NCBI GenBank assembly: GCA_965208575.1
Contig: CBDBOV010000006.1
Location: 192,001-256,000, forward strand
Direction of reading: 5' to 3'
Origin: Spirochaetia bacterium
GTDB lineage: Bacteria > Spirochaetota > Spirochaetia > SZUA-6 > Bin103
Length of the DNA: 64,000 nucleotides
Part shown: positions 1-9,325 of the stretch, in pieces
Position numbering within the stretch: position 1 is the first letter of the stretch
Layout of the letters: every line of letters begins with the position of its first letter
Position numbers and translations under genes: made by a program
The notes under the pieces: generated by a model
What the model was told of the DNA's origin: nothing
The model's input: only the letters and a program-made list of their open reading frames with translations
Database searches by the model: none

Positions 1-1175
1 CGGGCGATCTGCACCAGGTTCGCGCCGGCCTTGGCGAGCTCCTGGTCCAGTTCCAGCAGTGCCGTATCGTGTTGCATGCGCTGGATCTCGTACTGCTGAA
101 CGGCCGCATCGTGCTCGGATGCCGGGATGATCCCCTGCTCCAGCAGCAGGGTGGATGCGGTGAGTCTGCTCATGCGCGCCTCCAGCTCCATCCCGGCCAG
201 CACGACGCCCTGCCGGGCGCGCCTCACCTGCGGGCCGGTCTCCCAGTTCTCGAGCTCGCGGAGCTTGGCGCGGGCCTCCAGGAATCCGGCCGAGGCCTCC
301 AGGTAGCGGCGATTGATCTCGGCGGTGTCCAACTGCACCAGCGGCTGGCCTTGCGCGACCCGGTCGCCATACTCGAAGAACACGCCCGCCACCTTGCCCG
401 CGATCGGGCTGGTCACCGGCAGTTCCTCGCGCGGCGCGAGTCTCCCGACGTAAGCGAGCGTGCTGACCAGCCGGCGCGGCGCAACGGTCACCGTGAGCAC
501 CTCCTCGGGCGCGCCGGACGGCGCCGAAGCTGCTGCCGGGAACGCCGCTCCAATCTCGTGCCAGACGTACCACGCGGCGCCCAGGAACAGCACGACGACG
601 AGCAGCATCGCCAGCACGCGCACCGCCTGCACTTTCCTCAGGGCCGAGCCCAGCGCTCTGTTCTTCTCCTCGATCTCGCGATAGGCGTCCCGGAGTTCGG
701 CGTTCTGCGCCTGGGTCGACTCCGCCAGCTCCCGTTCGGCCTGGCGCAATGCCTCCACTTCGGTGACGTCATCCAGCACGGCGACGATGCCGAGTCTTTC
801 AATCTCCCCGTCCGTGTGACCGACGAGGTACGACGTCGTTACGTCGACGGACCGCTCGGTGTCGTCCCTGAGCCGCAGGCTGACCGTCGTCCGGGAGCCG
901 ACCTTCTTGTCGTAGACGGACGCCAGAATCGTGTCGTTGAATTCTTCCAGACCGTCGTGGATCAGGAACGTCTCGCCGAACGGCTTGCCCCGGACCTCGT
1001 CGCCGTCCAGCCCCAGAAACCGCGAAGCGGCCGGGTTCAGGATGCCGATGCGGCCGTCGGCGGTGACGGTCATGACCCCTTCGGTCATGCTCTCCAGTAC
1101 ATTGCGGTGAAGCACATAGTCGCCGCCCACCACCGCATCGTTCTGTACCGAAGGACTCGTGGCGCCGTGCGTCAT
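1..1175 (-). CDS. PAS-domain-fused periplasmic adaptor / membrane fusion protein (HlyD/MacA-like), runs off window start
   Basis: Not in the ORF track; translated by hand from ATG 1175 (ATGA overlap with TolC stop): NVLESMTEGVMTVTADGRIGILNPAASRFLG...DDVTE (PAS), coiled coil, TM helix VLAMLLVVVLFLGAAWYVW, then VTSPIAGKVAGVFFEYGDRVAQGQPLVQLD (lipoyl-like MFP motif). Confidence 0.85.
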   Translation of the reverse strand, partial: MTHGATSPSVQNDAVVGGDYVLHRNVLESMTEGVMTVTADGRIGILNPAASRFLGLDGDEVRGKPFGETFLIHDGLEEFNDTILASVYDKKVGSRTTVSLRLRDDTERSVDVTTSYLVGHTDGEIERLGIVAVLDDVTEVEALRQAERELAESTQAQNAELRDAYREIEEKNRALGSALRKVQAVRVLAMLLVVVLFLGAAWYVWHEIGAAFPAAASAPSGAPEEVLTVTVAPRRLVSTLAYVGRLAPREELPVTSPIAGKVAGVFFEYGDRVAQGQPLVQLDTAEINRRYLEASAGFLEARAKLRELENWETGPQVRRARQGVVLAGMELEARMSRLTASTLLLEQGIIPASEHDAAVQQYEIQRMQHDTALLELDQELAKAGANLVQIA

Positions 1176-2701
1176 TCTTCCGCCTCGCCGCGAGCCGCCA
1201 GGTCGATGTCGATGTGCCAGGTTTCCAGCGTGGTCCCGAGCTTCAGGTCGAGCGCCGTCACAGCGTTCAAATACGTAATGATCGCATCGATTTCGCCGGT
1301 CTGGCTGCGCACCAGGTCGTCTTCGGACGCGACCACGTGGAAGTTGCTGGACAGGCCGGAATCCAGTTTCAACCGTTCGATCTCCAACTTCCGTTCGGCG
1401 AGCCTCCGCGACTGCCGCGCCAACTCGATGCGGCGGAACTGAAGCTCGACGTCGCGCACGGCGCGGAGCACCTCGAACTCGATCGCCTGGCGCAACTCCT
1501 GGAGCTGCAGGCGGGATCTCTGCGCTGAGATCCCGGCCCTTTGCCAGTTCCTCCGTTGGACGGCACTGTTGGTGCCCAGCGGGATCCGCATACCGAGTCC
1601 GGCCCGGAAATCGCCGTCGAACCGGCTGTACGCCTCTGCCAGCGAACGGCCACTGTGCCCGAAGCGCGCGGAGGCGGTGAGGTCAATCTCCCACTGGCGC
1701 GCGTTGTCGGCTTCCACCAAGGCGGTGTTCGCGTCTTCGATGGCCAGCACGGCCCGGAGATAGTCAGGACGGTTTTGCAGCGCCAGTTCCACGGCACGAT
1801 CGGCGTCGTACCGATTCGGGTCGAGCCGCAACGTCTCCGTGGGCCGGATCCGGGTCCGGCTGTCGATGTCCAGGATCGCAATCAGGGCAAGCCCGGCGTC
1901 ATCCAGCGCTGCGCGGGCTTCGGTCAGGTCCAACTCCCGCTCCGCAATGCTCGCTTCGGTGTGTACGATTTCCACTTCGGCCATCCTGCCGGCCTCGATC
2001 TGGACCCGGTTCGCCGCCCGCAGGTCGCGGGCGCTCTGCAGAGAACGTTTCGCGATCTCCACCGCGCGCATCGACCGCATCAGCGTCCGGTACGCGTAGA
2101 TGGTGCGGGTGACGAGTTCCATGACGGCCGACTTGAAGGCGAGGACGCCGATCTGGTCCGCGCGCCGGGCCCTCCCCACACCGGCGGTGCCGACCGCAAG
2201 GCCGGCCCCTTTCAGCAACGGCTGCACGAATTCGAGCTCCACGAATTGAGACGCGCTGTCCTGATCGGTGACCGTACTGTTGGCACTGAGGCGGAACATC
2301 CCGCCGGTGGGAACACGCAACGTCACGTTGGGAGACACGCCGAGCCTGGTGGTGGTCAAGTCGCGGTCCGCGGAGACGGCGAACGCGGCAGCGAGGCCAA
2401 ACTCGTCCTCGGCGTCCGCCAAGGATAGCCGCCCCGCGAGCCGGTCCAGCCGGCCGGCGGCCAGGTCACGACTACTCCGTATGGCCAGCATGATGCATTC
2501 GGCAAGCGTCAATTCGCGTTCGAGCGGAGCGCTCGAAGCGGGTTCCGCTATGGCCAGACCACCCGCCAATGCCGCCAGCACGGCCAGAAAGCAGGCGCGC
2601 CGTCCTGCACCCGAGGGGCCGGTTACCGGCCGATTTCGGCCACGGATTTCAAATCGAAACAGATTCTTCTTTTTCGGAACAAGAAGACAAAACCCGCTCA
2701 C
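1172..2701 (-). CDS. TolC-family outer membrane efflux protein (start uncertain)
   Basis: C-terminal half of ORF 1172..3943: signal-like ACFLAVLAALAGGLAIA, ELTLAECIMLA, QPLLKGAG, ALQNRPD, ERLKLDSGLSSNFHV. Confidence 0.85.
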   Translation of the reverse strand: MSGFCLLVPKKKNLFRFEIRGRNRPVTGPSGAGRRACFLAVLAALAGGLAIAEPASSAPLERELTLAECIMLAIRSSRDLAAGRLDRLAGRLSLADAEDEFGLAAAFAVSADRDLTTTRLGVSPNVTLRVPTGGMFRLSANSTVTDQDSASQFVELEFVQPLLKGAGLAVGTAGVGRARRADQIGVLAFKSAVMELVTRTIYAYRTLMRSMRAVEIAKRSLQSARDLRAANRVQIEAGRMAEVEIVHTEASIAERELDLTEARAALDDAGLALIAILDIDSRTRIRPTETLRLDPNRYDADRAVELALQNRPDYLRAVLAIEDANTALVEADNARQWEIDLTASARFGHSGRSLAEAYSRFDGDFRAGLGMRIPLGTNSAVQRRNWQRAGISAQRSRLQLQELRQAIEFEVLRAVRDVELQFRRIELARQSRRLAERKLEIERLKLDSGLSSNFHVVASEDDLVRSQTGEIDAIITYLNAVTALDLKLGTTLETWHIDIDLAARGEAEE

Positions 2702-2857
2702 GCTCTGTCGGCTACACTGCACGCCCTTCGCGCCGTTGTCGAGAAGGACACACTTGTGAACGTCACTTTGGGCTTCTGAATCGGCGTGTGGCGCAGCGAG
2801 CGATTGCTCAGGCTGCCGGGGGAAGACCACCGCTGATGGATAGCGTAGGGTGCAGGC

Positions 2858-3829
2858 GTGTCTGAACATCACCTTCCGGGGATTGACGAGATCGACGCGG
2901 CGGCACGGGTCGTGTACCGCACCATGCCGGCCACGCCGCAGTACCGCTGGCCGCTGCTGGAGGAGCGCGCCGGCTGTACGGTGTGGGTCAAGCACGAGAA
3001 CCACACCCCAATCGGCTCGTTCAAGCTGCGCGGGGCGCTGGTGGCGGTGGAACGGCTGCGGCGGGCGCGGCCCGAGGTGACCGGCGTGATCGCCGCCACG
3101 CGCGGCAACTACGGGCAGAGCGTGGCGTACGCGGCGCGGGCGGCGGGGCTGCCCGCCACCGTGGTGGTGCCGTTCGGCAACGCGCGCGAGAAGAACGCCG
3201 CGATGCGCGCGTTCGGCGCCCGCCTGGTGGAGCACGGGCGCGACTTCGACGAGGCGCTCCCGCACGCACAGCGGCTGGCGGAACGGGAAGGGCTGCACAT
3301 GATGCCGTCGTTCCACCCCGACCTGGTGCCGGGCACGGCCACCTACGGCGCCGAGCTGTTCCGCGCCGTCCCCGGCCTGGATGCGGTGTACGTCCCGATC
3401 GGGCTCGGCTCCGGCATCTGCGGCGTACTGGCGGCGCGCGACGCCCTGTCGCCCGCCACCAGGGTGATCGGCGTGGTGTCGGCGGCGCTGCCCGCCTTCG
3501 AGCGCTCCTTCGCCGCCGGCGAGGCGCGCGAGACCGGCCCCGGCGACACGGTCGCCGACGGCATGGCGGTGCGCAAGACCCACCCGGTGTCGCTGGGGCT
3601 GGTGCTGGCCGCCGTGGAGCGGGTGGTGGCGGTCACCGAGGCCGAGTTGCGCGCGGCGATGCGCGCCTGCTACACCGACACCCACAACGTGGCCGAGGGC
3701 GCCGGGGCCGCCCCGCTGGCCGCCCTGCTGCGCGAGCGCGAGGCGATGCGCGGGCGCCGGGTCGCCCTGGTGCTGTCCGGCGGCAACGTGGACCGCGAGC
3801 TGTTCGCCCAGATTCTCGCCGGCACCTGA
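2858..3829 (+). CDS. PLP-dependent threonine/serine dehydratase family protein
   Basis: KHENHTPIGSFKLRGA PLP-lysine motif, ATRGNYG, VPIGLGSG, LSGGNVD. Confidence 0.92.
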   Translation: MSEHHLPGIDEIDAAARVVYRTMPATPQYRWPLLEERAGCTVWVKHENHTPIGSFKLRGALVAVERLRRARPEVTGVIAATRGNYGQSVAYAARAAGLPATVVVPFGNAREKNAAMRAFGARLVEHGRDFDEALPHAQRLAEREGLHMMPSFHPDLVPGTATYGAELFRAVPGLDAVYVPIGLGSGICGVLAARDALSPATRVIGVVSAALPAFERSFAAGEARETGPGDTVADGMAVRKTHPVSLGLVLAAVERVVAVTEAELRAAMRACYTDTHNVAEGAGAAPLAALLREREAMRGRRVALVLSGGNVDRELFAQILAGT

Positions 3830-3961
3830 CCGCCGCCGGTTCCCACTATCTCGGTCCGACGCGGCAGCGTAGCGCGCACCGCCACGAACGCCCGGTCCCC
3901 GACCGCTCCCGGTCTGCGACCGCGAGGGTGCTGCACCGCGCACGCGTTTGCGGGGCCGGCC

Positions 3962-4468
3962 CTACTGCGACTGCGACTCGCGCGCGTGCCTTGCCAGGCG
4001 CTGCAGATAGGTGGAATACGCCGCCAGCTCGTCACGTACCGGGACGCGGCACGCGAGGTACTTGGAACGCACGAGCTCCAGCCGATCCCAGTCGTAGTCG
4101 AATGAGAAGTAGTAGCGCTTGAAGTGACGGAACCGGCGCAACTCCGAGAGTGCCGCGAAGGTTGTGTCGGAAATCACCCGCTCGCGGACTTCCGGAACGG
4201 TCCAGGTCATCGCCCGCAGCAGTTGCTCGTGCCAGCGGGCATCATCGAGCGCGTTCTCAAAGAACTGGCTGATGCGCTGAAACGCGGTCTCCAGGCAGGT
4301 GTAGAACGACACCAGCACGTCGCTGATGATGATCGCGTTCTCTACGGTGCGGGCGGCGCCATCCGGCTGCCGGTGGAACCGATCGTAGAACCCGTTGATG
4401 CGGTCGAGCACGGGCAGTGCGGCATCGAGTTCGGCGGCCAGTGCCGCAATGCGGTCAGCGGGCGCCAT
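3962..4468 (-). CDS. HEPN-domain (HepT-like) toxin
   Basis: FYTCLETAFQRI...WHEQLL...LRRFRHFKRYY; overlaps end of upstream MNT gene. Confidence 0.75.
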   Translation of the reverse strand: MAPADRIAALAAELDAALPVLDRINGFYDRFHRQPDGAARTVENAIIISDVLVSFYTCLETAFQRISQFFENALDDARWHEQLLRAMTWTVPEVRERVISDTTFAALSELRRFRHFKRYYFSFDYDWDRLELVRSKYLACRVPVRDELAAYSTYLQRLARHARESQSQ

Positions 4469-4829
4469 GCACCAACCGGCCCGTGTCGCAGATCAGGCGC
4501 GCGTACTCCGTCTCGATGCGTTCCAGCTCCACGACGTGGAGCGGAAACGCGGTCAGCACCTCGGCGCGCGCGTAGAGTTCGAACAACCGCTCGGCGCGGC
4601 CCAGGCCCTCCACGGCGATGTCGATATCGGAGCGTGCGGAGAAGCGGCGCCGGTCCAGCAGCGAGCCCCATTGCCAGACGCGCAGGGGAGCGAACTCGCG
4701 CACGATCATCTTCACGATCCGGTCGAAGTCCGCCCACGCGGCGTCGAAGCGCTCGTCCAACTCACGCTGCCGGCATGCCTCGCGCCGCTGCAGGAAGGCG
4801 ACCGTGTCCGCCGGATCGACTCTCATCAC
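4455..4829 (-). CDS. Minimal nucleotidyltransferase (MntA-like antitoxin)
   Basis: WGSLL...SDIDIAVEG nucleotidyltransferase motif. Confidence 0.85.
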   Translation of the reverse strand: MMRVDPADTVAFLQRREACRQRELDERFDAAWADFDRIVKMIVREFAPLRVWQWGSLLDRRRFSARSDIDIAVEGLGRAERLFELYARAEVLTAFPLHVVELERIETEYARLICDTGRLVHGAR

Positions 4830-4905
4830 CCCGAATCTCCGGTGACCAGTATACCGATCCGCCGCGGCCCGTGCCGGTGAGGCGCCGAGCGCTTATACTG
4901 TGGCG

Positions 4906-5520
4906 ATGCGACGCTTCATCGGTTGCTGCGTGCTCGCCGCCGCGGCGGCTGCCGTGTGCCTGGCGGAGGGCGAGGCGGAGGCCGGGGTCGAGCTGGTCAG
5001 CTACGAGTTGAAGGGTACCGGGCACGTCCTGGACCATCCCGCCGGCTGGACGGCGACCCGCGAGACGACGTACCACGAACGGCGGCTGATCAACGTGCTG
5101 ACGGTAATCACCGAGCTGCCGGAGGACCAGGACCTGGAGCGGACGCCGCGCGGCTACCGCCTGGTGGTCGACCACCTGCAGGTGGGCCGCTTCGCCCACG
5201 CGATCCGCCCCGATCAGCAATACCAGTCGCTGTTGGAGTTCTACACGTTGTTCTACGGCTGGCCGGAGCCGGAAGAGGCGGAGCTGACCGAGCTGTTCGG
5301 AAGGCATGCCGTGCGGATGAAGGCGCGCAACGAGGATGGCAGTTGGGAGTACGCGGTGGTCGGCGTCGGCGTGTTCCGGGAGCTGCACCGCATCGGCTAC
5401 GCCGTCGTGCTCACCTCGCCGGCGCACAAACCGCCCGCGGAGCGCGACCGGCTCTGGGCCGCGATCGTCGCCAGCGTGCGCCGCGCCGAAGCGGTCGCCG
5501 CGAGCGCGCCCGCGTCATGA
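4906..5520 (+). CDS. Hypothetical exported protein
   Basis: Signal-peptide-like MRRFIGCCVLAAAAAAVCLA; natural composition. Confidence 0.65.
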   Translation: MRRFIGCCVLAAAAAAVCLAEGEAEAGVELVSYELKGTGHVLDHPAGWTATRETTYHERRLINVLTVITELPEDQDLERTPRGYRLVVDHLQVGRFAHAIRPDQQYQSLLEFYTLFYGWPEPEEAELTELFGRHAVRMKARNEDGSWEYAVVGVGVFRELHRIGYAVVLTSPAHKPPAERDRLWAAIVASVRRAEAVAASAPAS

Positions 5521-5642
5521 GCAAGCGCCGGCCGTGCCGCACGCCGACCGACCGTGAGCGGCCCGGCGCCCGGTCTGGTAGCGAGCCCGGCCGTCGGTTG
5601 CCGTAGCCGGCGCTGCGAAGCGTGTCCTCCCGGATCTACCGG

Positions 5643-6443
5643 TCAACTCCAGGTACGGGTGCCCCAGCGCACCTGGCCGAGGATCTCGGCGCCCTCCGGC
5701 CACGGCCGCGGCTCGCCGGACCGGCCATCGCCGACCAGGAGCCAGCGTCCGTCCGCGTCCTTGCCGGCGCGCGCGACCACCAGGCGGCCGCCGCCGTACA
5801 CCAGGAAGATGGCCCCCGGACGGCGGCGGCGTTGCGCGCGGTTGATCAGGATCGTGGAGCCGTCGCAGAGAGTCGGCGCCATCGACTCGCCGTGCACGTG
5901 CACCACGGCGCACCGGGCAGCGTCGAGCCGGTGGCGGTCGAGCCATCCCTGCCGGAACGCCATGCAGCCGGCGCGGGTGGAGTCGTCGAGGCGGGCGCCG
6001 CGCGCCGGCGCGGGCGGCACCTCGTAGCAGTCGACGAAGCGCACCCCCGGTACCTCACGCGGCTCCTTCCACCAGGCCAGATCGGCGGCGAGGCCGTCGT
6101 CGGGAATCCTCGGTTGCGCATCGGAAGGCGGCGGCCACCGCCCGGTCCCGGCGAAACGGCGAAGGTCGTTGCGCAGCTCCTGCCGCAGTTCCGCCACCCA
6201 CGCGGGCGCCGGCTCGCGCTCCCGGATTTCCGCATGGTAGCCGCCGGCGCCGGTGCGCGGCGGACCGACGTAGAACTCCAGCCCAAGCTCTTCGCACACT
6301 CGCTGCAGGGTGGAGGCGCGTACGTCCATCCCTCGCTTGATGCTGCGAATAGCGCTCTCGTGGCCGACCGCGGACATCGATACCTCCCGTCCGGAGCGAC
6401 CGCTACGGCTCAGCGCGGCCAGTATGACGTCCATGTAGGTCAT
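5643..6443 (-). CDS. CI/LexA-like repressor (N-terminal HTH + S24 domain)
   Basis: HTH-like SAIRSIKRGMDVRASTLQRVCEELGLEFYVG; S24 motif VHGESMAPTLCDGSTILIN; C-terminal ILGQVRW. Confidence 0.85.
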   Translation of the reverse strand: MTYMDVILAALSRSGRSGREVSMSAVGHESAIRSIKRGMDVRASTLQRVCEELGLEFYVGPPRTGAGGYHAEIREREPAPAWVAELRQELRNDLRRFAGTGRWPPPSDAQPRIPDDGLAADLAWWKEPREVPGVRFVDCYEVPPAPARGARLDDSTRAGCMAFRQGWLDRHRLDAARCAVVHVHGESMAPTLCDGSTILINRAQRRRRPGAIFLVYGGGRLVVARAGKDADGRWLLVGDGRSGEPRPWPEGAEILGQVRWGTRTWS

Positions 6444-6474
6444 ACGTGCCCTGAACTGTAACGCATCCACCGCC

Positions 6475-6502
6475 TTGACCGGCGAGGTTTTTGTGCCATA
6501 AC
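6475..6502 (+). promoter_or_regulatory. Putative sigma70 promoter for the Cro-LRR gene, possibly leaderless
   Basis: TTGACC-16 nt-CATAAC with TG extension, 7 nt before ATG 6510, no SD; in the 66 bp divergent intergenic gap. Confidence 0.35.
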
Positions 6503-6509
6503 ATACGGC

Positions 6510-7787
6510 ATGAATGCCCTGAACCGGTCGCTCGTGGAACTCGCCGCCCGGTATGCGCACTGGCGGCGGGTGAGCCTGTGGCGAGTCGGACACCTCGCGG
6601 CCAGTCGCGGGTCGTTCTTCGTGGACCTCCGGGATGGGCGGCGGCACTGCCAGACGAACACCTACACCCGCGTGCTGCAGTGGTTCGCCGACCACTGGCC
6701 GGAGGACCTGGAGTGGCCGCCGGATACGCCGCGACCGGGGCGCGCGGCGAGGGCGCCGGCAGGGCCGGCGGACTCGGGGCTGGCGGCCGACCGGGAGGCG
6801 CTGCTGTCGTTCAAGAACGGACTGGTCGACGGCGCCGCGCTGAATTGGTCGCAGGAGCGCGGCCTGCGCGGGTGGGTCGGGGTGACCCTCGGCGGCACGC
6901 CGCCGCGCGTGACCCGGCTCGATGTCAGCGCCCGCGGCCTGCGCGGCCCCATCGCCCCCGAACTCGGCAACCTTGCCCGCCTGACCCGGCTGTGGCTCGC
7001 CGACAACCGCTTGTCCGGGCCGATTCCGGGCGCCCTCGGCCGACTCGCCGACCTCACCTCGCTGGCGCTCTGGGGCAACGAGCTGTCGGGCCCCATTCCG
7101 CCCGAACTCGGCGCGCTGACAAGCCTGACGACGCTATCCCTGGCCAGGAACCGGCTGTGCGGCGCCATTCCCCGCGAGTTGTGCGGGCTGGCGGATCTGC
7201 GATTCCTGTTCCTGTGGGGGAACCGCCTGACGGGCGCGATCCCGGCGCAACTGGGGGAGCTTTCCCGCCTCACCGAGTTGGCGCTGTCGGAGAACCGGCT
7301 GACCGGGCCGATCCCTTGCCAACTGGGCAAACTGGCACCGCTGACCAGGCTCCTGCTGTCCGACAATGGGTTGAGCGGTCCTATCCCCGCCGAGCTCGCC
7401 GGGCTGCGCAACCTCAAGGTCCTCGACCTCGCGGGCAACCGATTGAGCGGACCGATTCCGCCGCAAATCGGCGATCTGACCGGTCTCGCCTCGCTGCAGG
7501 TGGACGGCAACCGGCTGACCGGTCCGATTCCGCTGGAGCTCGGCGAGCTCGCCAACCTGCGCAGGCTGGACCTGGGCGGCAACCGGTTGAACGGACCCGT
7601 TCCATACCAACTCGGCCGGCTGCGGAGACTGGTGTCGCTGGACCTGGGCGACAACCACTTCGACGGGCCGTTCCCGAGCGGACTTGAGGCTTTGACCGAG
7701 CTGCGGGTACTGCGGACTTCCGGCAACCCGTCGATCTCCGCGTCCATCCCGGAGGCCCTGAAGAACAGTCTGCTTGCCATCGTGTGA
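6510..7787 (+). CDS. Cro-like HTH domain fused to plant-type leucine-rich repeats
   Basis: N-terminal ~76 aa ending LQWFADHWPEDLEWPPDTPRP (phage Cro-like family, from recall); LRRNT cap DREALLSFK...W.GVT; 12 x 24-aa LxxLxLxxNxLSGPIPxELGxL repeats; no signal peptide. Confidence 0.85.
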   Translation: MNALNRSLVELAARYAHWRRVSLWRVGHLAASRGSFFVDLRDGRRHCQTNTYTRVLQWFADHWPEDLEWPPDTPRPGRAARAPAGPADSGLAADREALLSFKNGLVDGAALNWSQERGLRGWVGVTLGGTPPRVTRLDVSARGLRGPIAPELGNLARLTRLWLADNRLSGPIPGALGRLADLTSLALWGNELSGPIPPELGALTSLTTLSLARNRLCGAIPRELCGLADLRFLFLWGNRLTGAIPAQLGELSRLTELALSENRLTGPIPCQLGKLAPLTRLLLSDNGLSGPIPAELAGLRNLKVLDLAGNRLSGPIPPQIGDLTGLASLQVDGNRLTGPIPLELGELANLRRLDLGGNRLNGPVPYQLGRLRRLVSLDLGDNHFDGPFPSGLEALTELRVLRTSGNPSISASIPEALKNSLLAIV

Positions 7788-7964
7788 GTAGCGGCGATCC
7801 CGCGGCGGCGGTCAGATCGGCGATCCTCCGCAGGTCGCGGAGTCCACCGGCGGCCCGGCAGCCGCTTGACGGCGTCGTTCAGACGAGTGCGTCCGGTCAG
7901 GCGATTGCGTTCCAGGCAAAGCCGGCATGGGGTCGCATCGCTCTCCGGTTTCCCGTTCGCGACG

Positions 7965-9122
7965 CTACGCGTCCACCTGGTAGCGGTCGAGCACGCGCCG
8001 GTCGGGCTCGAAGCCGATGCCGGGCGCGGTGGGGACGGTGAACACCATGCCGGGACCGGCCGCGGGCGGGTTCAGGTTGAGTTCCTCGCGCAGCGGGTTG
8101 TAGGTGCGGTCCAGCTCCAGCAGGGGCTCGCGCGGCGCCAGGCCGGGCGGGCACGGCGCGATCATCGCCAGCGCCTGCAACGCGGCGGCGACGGCGATGC
8201 CCGTGCCCCACACGTGCGGGATGCAGCGCACGTGCCCGGCGTCGGCAAGGTCGGCGACCTTCAGCACCTCGGTAAGCCCGCCGGCGGCGCAGCAGTCGGG
8301 CTGCACGATGTCCGCGGCCTCGTGGCGCAGCAGCTCCGCGAACCCCCAGCGCCCGAACTCCGCCTCGCCGGTGGCGACCGGTATCGGCGACTCCCGCCGA
8401 AAGCGGCCCAGGCCGCGCTGGTCCTCCGGGATCAGCGGCTCCTCGAACCAGTCGATGCCGTAGCGGTCGATGCGCCGCGCCACCTCGCGCGCCGCGGCCC
8501 GGTCGTAGGCGTGGTTGGCGTCCACCATCAGGCGCACCTCCGGCCCCACCGCGTCGCGTACGGCGGCCACCACCGCCACGTCGTCCTCGATGCCGAACCC
8601 GATCTTGACCTTGAGCGCCGTGAACCCGGCCGCGACGTAGCGCAGCGCCTCCTCCACCAGCAGCGGCGCCTGCCCGGTGAGGCCGCCGGCGGCCTGCTTG
8701 CGGTAGAACCCGGTGGCGTATGCGGCCACCTGCCGGCGGTAGGTGCGCCCCGCGAGGCGGTGGCACGGCACGCCGAAGTGCTTGCCGGCCAGGTCCCACA
8801 GGGCGATATCCACGGCGCTCAGCGCCTCCAGCGCGGTGCCCTTGCGGCCGTGATCGCGCATCGCGTTGTACAGCTCCAGCCACAGCGTCTCGCGGTCGCG
8901 GGCGTCGCGTCCGAGCAGCAGCGGCGCGTACACCTCGTCGATCAGCGCGGCGTTGGTGGCGGGCGGCCCGAACGCTTCCCCGAACCCGATGGTGCCGTCG
9001 GCGGTCTCGATCTCCAGCACCAGCGAGCGGCGCCGGCGATACCACGCCTGCGAGTAGGCGAACACCTCGCCGTCCGGCAGGTCGACGCTGACAATGGCAG
9101 GGCGGACGTGCGCAATTCTCAT
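7965..9122 (-). CDS. Mandelate racemase/muconate lactonizing (enolase superfamily) enzyme, galactarolactone cycloisomerase-like
   Basis: KVKIG, MVDANH, WFEEP, TGEAE, QPD, PHVWG. Confidence 0.9.
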   Translation of the reverse strand: MRIAHVRPAIVSVDLPDGEVFAYSQAWYRRRRSLVLEIETADGTIGFGEAFGPPATNAALIDEVYAPLLLGRDARDRETLWLELYNAMRDHGRKGTALEALSAVDIALWDLAGKHFGVPCHRLAGRTYRRQVAAYATGFYRKQAAGGLTGQAPLLVEEALRYVAAGFTALKVKIGFGIEDDVAVVAAVRDAVGPEVRLMVDANHAYDRAAAREVARRIDRYGIDWFEEPLIPEDQRGLGRFRRESPIPVATGEAEFGRWGFAELLRHEAADIVQPDCCAAGGLTEVLKVADLADAGHVRCIPHVWGTGIAVAAALQALAMIAPCPPGLAPREPLLELDRTYNPLREELNLNPPAAGPGMVFTVPTAPGIGFEPDRRVLDRYQVDA

Positions 9123-9325
9123 GCCGGACGCATTATAGATTATAGTAGGCCCGACGGAGGGATTCGACCGGATGAGCGCGACACACGCCGACTACCACGC
9201 CCGCGGATACCTGCCATCGTGCGAGCGTCTATTGCGCTTGCGCCGGCGTTCGGCACGCGCTGGCTGGACACCGGGGCCGGACGTTGAACCCCGCCGGCCC
9301 CGGCGCGCCGGTTGCCGGCGTCGCT

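Noticed and set aside
69-1442. 457-aa plus-strand ORF and the many other long Arg/Ala/Gly-rich ORFs (e.g. 25471..28977, 19957..21813)
   Set aside because: Antisense or off-frame shadows of real genes in high-GC DNA; no family motifs
1172-3943. Apparent 923-aa TolC fusion
   Set aside because: The N-terminal half is the antisense of the dehydratase gene; only the C-terminal part is TolC
6900-7740. 72-bp periodicity as a CRISPR array or DGR
   Set aside because: Degenerate coding LRR repeats; no identical repeats with spacers, and no cas or RT gene
5643-7787. Prophage
   Set aside because: No integrase, replication, structural or lysis genes adjacent
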